The notes beneath the pieces are model-generated. The model was not told the origin of the DNA. It saw only the letters and a program-made list of their open reading frames with translations, and did no database searches. A DNA stretch of 64,000 nucleotides from Daphnia carinata (lineage: Eukaryota): NCBI RefSeq assembly GCF_022539665.2, contig NC_081331.1:2666001-2730000 (forward strand). The letters are read 5' to 3'. Numbering within the stretch: position 1 is the stretch's first letter; each line of letters begins with the position of its first letter. Positions 40,688-52,978 of the stretch are shown one piece after another. The translations under genes and the position numbers were made by a program.

Positions 40688-40690
40688 TTT
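40338..40690 (+). ncRNA. Candidate structured ncRNA of unknown family (~345 nt), copy B
   Basis: GC-rich island with many stems: GTCAAC..AGGCAG/CTGCCT.GTTGAC, CACCGGG/CCCGGTG, GAGCTGAAG/CTTTAGTTC, CCTTTCCG/CGGAAAGG, CGGTATA/TATACCG and GTAGGGG/CCCCTAC, plus terminal AAGTTGC/GCACTT. Non-Watson-Crick pairs are G-U on this strand. PSEA-like and TATA-like elements lie upstream and a T6 run at 40685-40690. Confidence 0.5.
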
Positions 40691-40699
40691 AAATATCAA

Positions 40700-41882
40700 A
40701 TACCGTCTCGGGAATCCGAATGAAGTTTAGAAATGTCATGTCATCCATCCAATCATTACAATTTATTCAGTGTCTTGCCCCAACCAAGAATCTTTTCAGA
40801 TCCAATGTTACTATTAACCTATATTGAGAAAAGAAAAACAACACCATTAAGCATATCAATTGTTGCTCATGTAACTTACATGACTCACACATTCAACTTC
40901 TGGTGGAAGCTTGGGAAATGACATACAAATTGCAGATGAACATCATTGTATAAGGCTCTTGAATGATAAACTAGCACCTGTAGAATGTTGCATTGTTGAT
41001 AGTTGTGTTCCCAGTATATGAAAATCCTTTCTTATTGGATAATTTTTTTTTTGTAGATTAGACATGGTAGGCAAAAAAGAGGAGAATGCTCCATCATAAA
41101 TTCAAAATGATTTGAAGAAAATTCTTTTCATACCTAAAAAGTCCATGTATGATGTGCATCGATGCAATGGCAGTGAAGTGAAACATCTTTAGGGCCCTTT
41201 AAGTACCCAGTTTGACCAACACTCTGAATGTAAAGGACAAGTTGTTCTTTAGCCAGACAAGCAGATTATTTGAGGCTTTTAGCTGGGACAGAACTATAAA
41301 GGATTGTTGTTGTACCAGATTCATTAACACAAGATGATACTTCTCATTAGACAATTTGCATTACCCTATTACTTTACCTCATACCTTAACGGTAATGTAC
41401 TCTCAGTGTTTTTTTTCAACTACAAGCTGACTCTTCCATCCTGTAACACTTCCAGACTTGACTTGATCCCCGGCCAAAATTCTGTGAATGCAAAATAATA
41501 GCATTAAAAATACTTTTTCGATAGACAAAAAACCAAGAAGTACCTAATCCATGTTTGATGTTGAACTCATGCCATTTCTGGGTTTCTGTACCACACCCAT
41601 TTTCAACAGTCTTTACGGTAATATTAATCAAAGCCACATGTACCACTATGAAATGGATGTTGAAAAGCATAAAAAAACCTGTTGAGATGGATATCAGGAG
41701 AATCAGATAGATCTCAATCAACTTCAGTTATTATTTTCCCTATAGTAATTAGTGACATAGCATAATAGATATACCTGCCTCAATTCAGAACCATAGACCA
41801 ACGGAGAAGAACACAGAAATGTAGCTGTGAAGGGAGATCACTTTAAAACACAGAATCAGGAATAGATCATCTAAGAGTAGAC
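40700..41882 (-). pseudogene. Decayed multi-exon gene fragment of unidentified family
   Basis: Series of GT-AG-bounded blocks (approx. 41882-41775, 41740-41680, 41646-41544, 41481-41385, 41293-41134, 40978-40880, 40818 onward) with short introns and stop-interrupted frames. Its last two exons have a diverged paralogue on + at ~38723-38983. Confidence 0.4.
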
Positions 41883-42584
41883 CTAAAATGCAAAGACAAA
41901 AATATTGGGCATAATTGCAGTTTACCAAACATAGTAGCAAAACAAAATAATTATCAAAGAAAAACATATGCACACTTGGGTTACCAAAATGGGTAAGTTT
42001 GATGCAATATATGGTAATCCGTTTTACCGGCCGGTAGATGGCGATAGCAGTGAAACAGATGAAAAGGCCGATATTTTTTTTTGGGGGGGTAAAACGGATT
42101 ACCTTAAACGTCTGGATTTTCGTCTGCTGTTATTCAGAAACAATTCTAGGGGGCTATTTGTGAACTCCAGTTCACAAACCAAAACAGTTGGTTGAGAAAA
42201 ATCACCATTTGTTTATTGGATTTTATTTGTTTTGTTTTTTTTTCTTCTGATTTTAAGTTTTCTTTTTTTTTGCTCAAAGCGCTCCACATGAACACTTTGT
42301 ATCGAAAAGCATGTTAAAAAAGAAATAATTTGGTAAAGTACAGATAAATACCGGCGACGGATACAGCTTCTTATCATTTGAATTGTTGTTCTATGGTTGC
42401 ATGGAAACAGCAGTTTCTGTGATTGGAACGCAGTGGGCGGAGAAAGCTTCTTTATTTGATTCATCTTTTCCTGTTCGGTCAAACGCGAGGGTTTAGAAAG
42501 TCAGTGTCCTCAGTCGCGTCCAGTTGCCCGTTCTTCTTGGGGTAGTTCAACTCCACGGAGGAAGTAGGTCGTCACGTTTCAACA

Positions 42585-43288
42585 ATGGAAACTTGTTTAG
42601 CCATCGAGCCTTTGTCTGAGAACCGTCACCAAGAATTTATCCAATTCATTTATCGTGAATTCTTTCCTCGTGAACCGTTAGCTTTGGCTTCCGGTTTGGC
42701 AGGCAAAACTAATCCGAAAACAATCGAAACATTTATACAATGGATGAAACAAGGCGTCTCCCTCGTCGCTATTGATTCGCAATCCAATCAGATAGTGGCC
42801 GGTGCTTTGAACTGTTTCTTAAATAAATCAGAACTCCTATTCGACAATGACTACAGTTGCATGGAGGAAGAAGATTCTTCTATCTGGAGGTTTCTTGATC
42901 ACCTTGAAACTGGTTACGATGTGTTCCAGCAATTTCAAGTCGATCGTGGAATGGAATTGGTGTTCCTTTGCGTCCATGAAGCGTACACTGGCCTAGGATT
43001 GGCGCGACGATTAACGGAAGAAACCATTGCGACGGCCCGTCGGCTTGAAATACCATTCATCAAAAGCAATCCGTCCACTCCTGGTAGATATAAAAATGCA
43101 AACTTGAATTTTGAAAAAGAAATTCATTCATTACTATTATTTGAATAGTTACTTGCCATCTTTTCGAATCTCTCGGCTTTGAGACGATCAACGAGATGAA
43201 GTTGGTCGATTATCAGGTGGAGGGCAAATCCGTTTTCCGGAACGCCAGGCCAGAAGATATAACTCGACTCTGCATCAAGAAAATGTAG
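42585..43288 (+). CDS. Insect-type arylalkylamine/dopamine N-acetyltransferase-like GNAT protein (copy 2). Exons 42585-43083, 43149-43288
   Basis: FFPREPLA motif, GVSLVAID..IVAGALN, FLDHLETGYDVF, ELVFLCVHEAYTGLGLARRL, and spliced C-terminus VTCHLFESLGFETINEMKLVDY...LCIKKM*. Confidence 0.9.
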
Positions 43289-46200
43289 AAATAACAACAA
43301 ATTGCGTTCAAAAATTCAAAATATTTTCACTTTCAAAATTTCCACATCGTTATTGCCAAACATGCTTCTCACAATCGCACTTACTAGTTGCCAATTAAAG
43401 CCGTTTGTAAAAAAAAAGAAAAAATCCAGGACGCGTGCAATGGCATTACCAAGTGAATAAAAACAAGGAAAATTATAGCTGCACTATTTCGCATAGATAA
43501 TTGAAATATGATGGCCAAATTGCATCAAAATGGATTTTCCGCTTGCGTATGACTTTTCCGGCTGATTTCTCAACCGTCACGAGTCAATCAGTTGGCACAG
43601 CAACAGCCGAGTACAGACATGACTATAAGCCGCCTGGTTCTTCCACAATTTTCGGTCGCAACATTCCTTTCTGCTTTCGCACCTTTCGGCTTGAATAAAT
43701 GAATAAAAAATGTTGGTTGGTAAAACAACACACATACTGGCTGACAACAAAATTGCACGAATCGAAAAATCCCGCGGTCATATTTTCCTCTCGTCTTTCT
43801 TTTTCGTCCAAAGTTTACAAACAGAAAAAAATTTGGGGAGAGAGGGAGGACCACTGAGGTCTGCACAATTACATACAGCAATGGGGCGCGACGGATAACA
43901 ACCTTGTGAATTTTATTTCCACGTTCGCATCAACACACACTCACACACACACACACACACTCACACAGAGGAAAATGCATCGTATTATTATTACTTCTTC
44001 TTCACCTCTAATTTTTCATCTCCGCCTCGGAAAGGCGGACGGAAACCAACGAACAAATGAACAAAAAAAAAAAAAAATAAAATAAACGAACACAAAAAAA
44101 AAAAAACAACCCAAAATTGTTGTGATTATAATTTAGCAAGAGAGAATGTTTTCAGAGAAGAAAAGTCGGGGAAAAGAAGTTCTTTCTTTCTTTCTCAAAG
44201 AGCTGCCGATCAAGAAAAATAACATAAGAGAGCTCGGTTTAGCTGATGCAAAATAAAAACTGGGTGAGCAATTCGATTGGGGAGGGCGGGATCAGATGGA
44301 TGGATCGGAAGATTGTGGTGGTGCGTTCGGTGGTTCTTCGTTTTTTTTTTTTTCTTAACGGGGAGAAAATAAAACATGAAAAAAAAACAAAAAACAAATG
44401 GGAAGAGGGAAACATACGGTGGGTTTGGCTGCACATCACTATGGCTAAAATCACAACACGGAGAAAGGTCACGTCAATAGACACGATTTCAAATGGGAAG
44501 AAAAATAAAAACCAGGTATAGGGAAAATCAATTGAATTTTTGGGTTAACAAGGTTATTTAGTTTTTCTCATTCTCGAGCGAATGGCGAACGTTTCTTCAC
44601 TTCAAACGGGACGCGCACACACATAAGACCCCTCCCAAAATGGGGATAAGTCAGTCGCGGTACATCACTGTGATATGTACACTGTTTCCAACCCACATTT
44701 ATGTATAAAAACAAAATGAAGTCTGATTTAATTACTAGTCTTCAAGGGTGTCGGGAGTGTCTTTTAAAGGAAAAGAGCAAGAAATGAAAAATTATAATAA
44801 TAATAGAAAAAAAATAAGAAGAATATGATTATTGAATGGCGAATTTCTAGCAGAGATTTGGTTATTGCGAAATGAAATTAAAAGAGGCGAGATGACCTTA
44901 ATTTTTACTCGTCTACCCATCCCAGCAAATATAAAAATCAAATGAATGAAAAAAAAAAGGGAATTAAACCATTGCGCCAGAAACCACCCAAAACGGTATC
45001 GATAAAAATGCAAATGAAATAAAATTCTGATTAAAAGAGGAGAAAAAAAAAAAGCAAATGTTAACATAAATTCCTTAGTTTTTTTCCGGCAATAAGCCCG
45101 AAATAGAAAATTAGAATATAATAAGCTATGAAAACTAAAACAAAGGGGAAAATAGGGCAAAAAAAAAAAAGCTATGCACGTTTGTGTGTGTTTTGCGTGT
45201 GATAGGTTGGAATCGAGCAATGATTCAAGACCACCGGAACTTTTGAAATGAACGAAAAATTTGATATGAAAGAAAAAAGGAATCAAGAGAAAACAATGTC
45301 AAGGCACTCGAAATGTTGCTCTTTCGTACTTTGATACAAAAAAAAAAAAGACGGGGATTCTTTTGTTTTTTCCACACTAGTCGCCCGTTTGATCTCAAAT
45401 GTTAATCGTCTTTTTTTTTTTTCATCCCTTCTTTCTTTAAAAAAAAAAAAATGGCACATATTTGGGAACCCATACGATTGCAAAGTCCCTCCCAATACAT
45501 CATTCTAGTTTGTTGACAATTATTTCGTAAAGGTATTATGAAAAATAGAATAGAGATAGCAGAGGAATTGAAACAGAAAGAAGAAAAAGATAATTAGACC
45601 TTCAATTATAAAATTTATAGAAAATAACAAGAAACAGAGATGTTGGGAAAAGAACTAAACTAAGTCAAAGCAGGAGATCCCCCTCCCCCCCTTCAAAAAC
45701 AAAAAACAAAACAGGAAGTTATGAATGAACGTGACACTGTGTGGCTTTGGGCACGGGGCGAAAAAAAAAAAAAAAAAAACTGAGTGGAATCATCCGGTGA
45801 GTTTAATTCCAGCGGCATAAAACTGCCCGAAAACAAAAATATCCGACAATAACCATTTAACCAATATAAACCTTTTTTTTTTTTTTTTTAATTACTATTA
45901 TTGCCACGGAGTTGCCTTTTTCTTATTGGACGACCAAAATACCCCCCCCCCCCCCCCCCAAAAAAAAAAAAAAAAAATGGAAAACAGAGAGATTCTGTTC
46001 AGAAATTTAAAAATTTTCCAAAAATATTTAATTAAAAAAAAAATAATAATAAATAATAATCAAAAAAGATTTCTGGCTGACATCACTGGGTTGCGGATTT
46101 TCCAAACGGCTCATTTGTTTTCCCTCCCCCATTTCAATTTGTTCGAAACGATAGCAACAAAAAATCACCGGCTTTTCATTTAAGGAGTGGGATGGGAATC

Positions 46201-47431
46201 AGATGAATTAAAAAGCAGAACACCTGCCCAACAATCAGAAGAAAACGTTGCGACAATTTCCTTCGTCCCAATTCGCAGCGTAATACTTTGGATGTGACGG
46301 TTGGTTGACCACGTACATATATATTCTCTTTCTCTCTGTCTCTCTTTTTTTCGCTTGCTATGCCAAAACAAAAAAAAAAAAAATTATAAAATAGAAGACA
46401 GACAGACAGAGAGAGAGAGAGAGAGAGAAAAAGCTAGAGAGCACCTAGTTTACAAAAGGAATTTAAATAGCCTCATGGGTTTCTTCTTCTTCTTCTTTTT
46501 TTTTTTTTTTCAGCCATCAAATGCAGACGGCCAAAAAGAAAAAAAAAAAAAAGAGAGAATTAAATCAAATAAAAACTGGAGAGATAACAGACAATGTTTT
46601 TGGACAGATAAAGCTGGGGGGGGGGGGGGGGGGGGGGGGAACGGGGCAGATTGCACTCGCAAGTGGAACCAGAGAGGGAAATATAAAAAAAACAAAACAA
46701 AAACAACCTAAAACAAGTAAAAGGATGATATACCCTTCCCCCCAAAAAAGAGGGGAAGATGACAAATAATGGACCAAAAACGTTCACAAATAATTATAAA
46801 AAACCTTACTTCTAATTTTTCGATTGTGGGGTCCATTTCGATCCGTCACCGACGGAACAGGAAGAAGAGAAGGGAAGGAGGAATAATAAGGATAATCTCT
46901 GTTACTTTTTTTTTTTTGTGTGGCTTTTCCGGCGAAATTTTTTCTTTGTTTTCTTTTTGCACAATTTTCAATTTTTTTCTTTGTTTTGTTTTTTTGTTTT
47001 TTTTTTCTTTTTTTGCATAGACAACCAATTTTGGTTGAAATGGGTTTTCCTTCACTAGAGCACGCAGCACTACTTAACATATCATTACTTATTCTTTCAC
47101 TGGGGATCGGTTCAATTCCGTGGAATGGGTTACTGGTTTCCAATTTCGCTTCATTTTCTTTTCTTCTTCACATTTTTTGTTCCAAAAACAAAAAGCTTTT
47201 TCTCTTTTTTTTTTTTTTTCTAATGGAAGGAATCGGTTGCGTGACGAAGAATCAAGTTGCAAAGCCAATGCGAATCCATTTCCGCGTGAAGCTTCCATCA
47301 CAGTCAAAAATCGTGTACGAACGACACGCGAAAAAAAACAAAACAAATCCGAAATAATTTTTTTGTCCAAAAAAAAAAAATGGGGAAAAAAGATTTTTTC
47401 TCGTGATGATTCTTGTGCGTCTCAACAATCG

Positions 47432-49367
47432 CTAATGATCTCCGCGAAGGAGCTCCATCAACAGATTGAATCCTTGGCCGTCTCCTTCACGCTTGACGGT
47501 CAGCATGTCTTTGCCAACCTATCGATTCGTTTTCCATTCAATCAAACGAAATGTAAAAAATTGTTTTTTATAAAAAAAAAAAAAAAAAAAAACCCAAAAC
47601 GTTAACAAATAATAATGATAATAATAAAGAAAACTGTTTTGATTTGATTTTAATTTGCCATTACCTGACAGGTGCGTTCCAGTTCGGGTATCCGGAGCAA
47701 AAGTTCTCCAAACTTAGACGGCACGTCTGGATAGTGCGAAAGCGTGTATTGCTGCAAGGCTTTGAGCACTGATTCCTGCGAGCTACGCACGCTTTCTGAT
47801 TCCTTCAGTCCACTCGTGTCTATAGATGAAAAAATAAATAAAATACAATAGGCAAACAAAAGTATGAAACACGAGACGTGAAAATGGAATAATAACAACA
47901 ACAACAACAAAAAACAATTACCGGAAGACAATAGGATGATGACTTTCATGGCCGCGTATTCGAACTGGTCGACGCGCAATCGGCGCAAATGATCCGTGAA
48001 GTGGATCATCCGTTCGATGCACGAACCCAGACCCAGGGTGCGGGCCTGTTCCAGCGTGATGGACTTGCCGTGCGAAATGCGAATCTCGCCCGGGGTGGCC
48101 ATCGAGCGGAAGCAGCAGGCAAAGAGCAACAGCTCGCACCACGTGTTGATCAGCAGCGAAATCTGATCGTCAATCTGCAGACGAAAAAAACAAAACAAAA
48201 AAAAAAACAAAAAAAAAACAAAAAAAAAAAACAATTCGTTTAAAGAAGTTCTCAAAATTGCCAACAGATGGAAACACATTCTGACCTGGATATTTTTAAA
48301 CAACGGAAGACTCTTGCACCACTTGACGATCTTGTAGAGTCGGTGATCGGCGATGCTGCACAGACTGGAGACGGAATCGCCTTCGGCGGCGGTGCCGCCA
48401 TTGTTGTGACTGCTGCCGCCATCGGCTCCCGCTTTATTCGACGTCGCTCTGCTCGACGACGATGGCGCAGAGGAGCTGTTGTTCGTTCCCGCCGCAGCGG
48501 CCGTGCTGCTGCGATGCTGTTGAGCACTGCCGTCCGATTCGTTGCAATGCCACAAGTGTTCCACGTTCATGATCTCGAGCAAGAGCTGCGGCACGGCCGC
48601 CGACGTGTTGCTCGGATGGTGCGGATGTTGATGATGGAGCAGATGGGGATTGTGGTGGCCGTGGTGGTTGTGATGATGATGGCCGCCACCTGGCGTGGCA
48701 GACGGAGGCGACGAGCTCCACTCGGACGAATCCATCGACCTCGAACTGCTGCTGTCTCCGTTGGGCGTCAACAACACTTTGCCGCCGCCGTTCGATGAAG
48801 ATCCGCCCATCGACGAATCACCGCCAACAACGCCCGACGGCGTTCCCGACGATCCGCTGGGAACGGCGTAAGTACACTGGTAAGTGCTCCGTCCGCCTCG
48901 AGTGCGATCCTCGCGGATGGCTACAATTTTTTTTATTTCATAAGAATTCAATTAAAATGTGATTCAACAGCCACAAAAGCGATAAGAAAAAACGGAAACA
49001 AACCTTCCAGTTTCATGCCGGTGTTGAGGCACTTTTCGAATCGACAGGCGGGACACTTTTTGCGGGTGGCGATAGTGACCGGGCAGGCGGCTCCCCTGAG
49101 GCACACGTAGTTCTTCTTGTTCTGGACGGTTCGTTTGAAAAAGCCCTTGCAGCTCTCGCAGGAAAAGATGCCGTAATGGAAGCCCGAGATCTTGTCGCCG
49201 CAGATGGGACAAGGGCTGTTGATCAGCTGCTGGCGAGAGATGCCAGCCTGGGCGGCCAGCGACGCCGTGTGCTGCGCTAAATCCGACGGATTCAAACTCT
49301 TCTCTTCACCCGAGCCTTCCCGGCTGTCATCTAATGAACAAATCGCACATGGGCCACATCCACAATT

Positions 49368-49403
<36 letters not shown>

Positions 49404-49987
49404 AAAAAAAAAACACAAACTGATTTAAATGAAAAGAGATGGCGCCAGAACGTACCGTTCGTATCCGTAGTAGACAATCCCGGAGGATGACCAGCCGCAC
49501 CGGCCGGTTCGCTTTTGATCTCCAAGTCGCGGACGCCGGGAAGAGATCCGGCCGGAGTGGCACCGGGAAACGGGGCTGGAAGTCCGTGTCGGTAGAGGAG
49601 CGGCGACGGTGGGAATTCTCCGTTGCCGGCCAGTCCGCCACCCGATCTGCCGGGAAGGCCGTAGCCTGCGGCCGACAACATGGCCATGTGCCTCGGCTGG
49701 ACAGGCGATTGAGCGGGCGACGGGCTGAGTGGCGAAGGCGCAGAGCTGTAGCTGTACTGCGATCCGCCGTACTGAGAATGGACAGAGTATTGCGACGCGT
49801 CCGAATTATTGCGCGACAAGGACGGGCTGGCCCGGTGCGAGTAAGGCGAGCTTAGGCCACTGCCGGAACGATGCCGCGACTGTCCTGGACTGGCCGTTGG
49901 TGAGTAGTAAGCCGAATGAATAGCTGAATCCGGCGATGGCGTCGGCGGATGTGGAAGACCTGATGTGAAATTGAACCATTTGTTTAG

Positions 49988-50022
<35 letters not shown>

Positions 50023-52978
50023 AGGTTAGCCGGATGACACGGAAAGGAGGGGCAGAGAGTTATCTTACCGGAAGCGGCTGCTAATGGCAATCGAATAGGA
50101 TGGCGACTCGTCAGCGGGCTGGCCAACGGAGTGTGACCGGTGAAGGCTTCGCCGAAGGTCGGCCTCGGCACGGCTGATGGAGTGAATCCGGAATTGGAGG
50201 CCGTGGCCGTCGTCGTGTTGAAACTACTGGTCACTGCCGCCGGGGCGGCCGATGACGTCAACGGCGGACTGGGACGGACTCCGGCAACCGACTCCGCCTT
50301 GGGCCCACAGTCCGCATTCCAGGCCAGTTCCGTTTTGATCTCGGCCGGAGGCGGTGCGTGATGTTGATGTTGCGCGTGGTGATGATGAAAGGACAACGAC
50401 GACGGCGGAGGCATGGCCTGATGTTGCGGATGCTGGCCCACGTTGCCATCGTGCCGCAGCGCTTCGTCTCCGGCGTTCGTGCACATCGGTTGCGGGCTGC
50501 CCGGCCCTGCCGATTGGATACCTTCCATTTCGTGCTCGTCCTCGTCCAGTTCCTCTTCGGCCTCTTCTTCGTGAATGGGCTCCGTCTTGAGCGTCGCCAT
50601 GACGCTCTGAGCTGGAAGCGGAGGCGGCGGCTGCTGAGGTGGGCTCGGTCCGCCCGTTGGCTGCGATGTCGATTCCGCCGGGCAGGTGGAAGAAGCCGTG
50701 GCTAATTCCTGATCCATTTGGCTGACCTCTTGGTCCGACAGTTCGCCCTCCCACGACATGGGCCGTTCCCTATCCAGCGCTTCGGTCGAACCGACCCGCT
50801 TACTCCGCAGATCGATGCCAACTTGAGCTGGGCAATTGAAACATTTCAAAAATAAATGTTTTGCTATTTGAAAAAAAAAAAAAAAAAAAAAATGATGTAA
50901 TTTGCATACCGGGCAAATCGAGGCTTCTGACTTCTTCATCTGCATCCGATTCCGCCTCGTGATGATGGTGAAAATGCTGTTGGGACGGCTCGTCCCCACC
51001 GCTCAATCCGTTCACCATTCCGCCTGTAATTTACAATCGATTTATTATTTTTTTTTTTTTTGTTGTTGTTGATCATTTGATATATGCAAATCATGGGGTT
51101 TTCAACTTCAAGTCTTTTCTCTTTCGACCGACCCAGATCTTTCGATTTCATTTTTGAAGGACGGAATTGTGGGGGGGAAGGGGAGATGGATGGAATCAGC
51201 TGCCGTCTTTTGTTGTGAGCAATGACGTGTGATGATGTGGTTGTTATTTTTGCCCGTATATTACACAAACAAAAAAAAAAAAAAAAAAAAACAAAAAAAA
51301 AGAACAACAGCCACCGCAGTGCTTGGGAGAAATGTGAAAACCAGTATGATGTGTACCTTGTCGTAATTACCCACCGGCACAAATAATTCCACCGCCAACA
51401 TCCATTTCGGAAGGCAACCGGATAGTGAGAAATAAACATTACAAAGAAATTTCGTTTGTTTCTTTTTCGCCCATGGACATTTCTTTTTTTTTTCTTTTTT
51501 TTTTCTCTCTTGTTATTAGCCAAATAGAAAAAGAAAATAACCGAAGGGAAGACTTTCGCTCTTTCTCTCTCTCTCTCTGTCTTTGGAATTTCACCAAAAA
51601 AAAAACAAAAAAAAAGAGAAGAAATAAAGGGAGAGAGTGGTTAGTTGGTGGTAACGTGCGTTCAAAGACCTCGGCCATGGCCGCACCTTTATTTCCCAGC
51701 GAAAAAGAAAAAAAAAGAAAAAAAAAACCTGGACGGTTCAACAGTGGCGTCGAGAGAGAGAGTTGGCATCGATTGGGGTTGTGATACTCGACGTGAAACC
51801 CCCTCGTCCCTCCTCCCCATTGCAGATGATGGTGAATGTCCCCCCCCCCCCACCATTTCCCTGCGCCACAGACGCTATGTACAGTTAAGGACACGTAACA
51901 AGTCCTGTCTTGTCTGTTGATCATTTGGACATGGCCACTACTCTTGGCGAATGATGGGGGAGGAGAGAACGCGGGCGAGGGGGGGGGGGGCTGAGGTGGG
52001 TGACATGGAACGAACCTTTAAAGAGCCTACAAAAACGGAAAGAAGAAGAAAAAAGAGTTAAGGAGGAGGCAATGTCCTAGGGAGGAGCTTGGCCAAGGTG
52101 CACCGCTGCGTGAGCCACGGCGTGGCGTGAAGGCCAGTGCCTTCTTCATACCCCCCCCCCCTCCCCCTCCGCTCTTTTCTTCTCCCGTCCCATTTCTGTT
52201 TTCCCATTTGGCCGGAGAGTCGCATCTCCATCTACCGTCAGCGCGTGAGAGCGCGGGTCAATAGCCCAAGACTTTTCTCTTTTTTTTTTTTTTTTTTTCC
52301 TTTTTCTCTTTCGCTGTTTCTTACTTGCTCACCAGACTCTCTCTCTCTCTCTCTCTCTCTTTTTAAACTTTCGAAAAAAAAAAATAAGGCAATCAACACC
52401 ACCTGCGCTCAGCTTTGGCGGCCATCCAAAAATAAAAAAAAAACTTTTTCTTTTTTATTTTTTTTATTTTTGCATTTCTGTTGCTTATTTCGCAGAAAGG
52501 GAAAAAAAAAATTATATTTGTACAGTTAACGACAGGGCCATTCTCCGCGATGGGGGAGGGGGGGGGGGGGGATTGCACACACGCCCCGCAAGTGCCGTTC
52601 TTCTACTCCTCTTATTTATTTATGTTTCGCATCCGTTTTTATAACGAACGTCTATAACAAACGATGCCGATTGGTAATGATCAAACCAAGATAGAAAAGC
52701 TAACCTTTGATAAGGTGAGGAGGCTGTTGCTGATGGTGATAGAGATGGTTATTTTGAGGATGATGATAGTGGTGGTGGTGGTGGTGGTGGTGATGATATT
52801 GGCTGTTATTCCTACTGTGGGTCACGAAAGGCGATTGGTCGTGATGCTGGATCGTGTCCGGCCCTGCCGGCCCGTTCGAATCTTGCAGCATCGCGCCCCA
52901 TCCTTCGACGGCAGCAGGTGGAGGGGCAATGCCGGCGTCGCCGGATGATGATGACGACGACGACGGCCGGTCATTCAT
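47432..52978 (-). CDS. Hr39: Nuclear hormone receptor HR39 / FTZ-F1 beta (NR5B1). Exons 52978-52705, 51023-50910, 50827-50069, 49959-49456, 49330-49004, 48920-48286, 48174-47922, 47819-47665, 47518-47432
   Basis: [20 protein letters not shown] and SRNNSDASQ motifs. C4 DNA-binding domain [41 protein letters not shown]1 box [14 protein letters not shown], ligand-binding domain [20 protein letters not shown]...[23 protein letters not shown]...[12 protein letters not shown]. Splice phases are consistent. The first (His-rich) exon is less certain; alternative ATG at 51018. Confidence 0.95.

Larger units (their letters stand above)
35831..42106. mobile_element. Putative ~6.3 kb non-autonomous composite DNA element or inverted-repeat-bounded insertion carrying gene fragments
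   Basis: 35831-36093 and 41966-42106 are inverted homologues: TATGGCAATCCGTTTTACCCCCC..TATCGGCCTTTT..TTTCACTGCTATC at the outer ends and TATTGCATCA..TTACCCATT..AACCCAAGTG.GCATAT at the inner ends. The direct repeat AACGTC lies immediately outside both ends (35825-35830 and 42107-42112). Confidence 0.55.
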
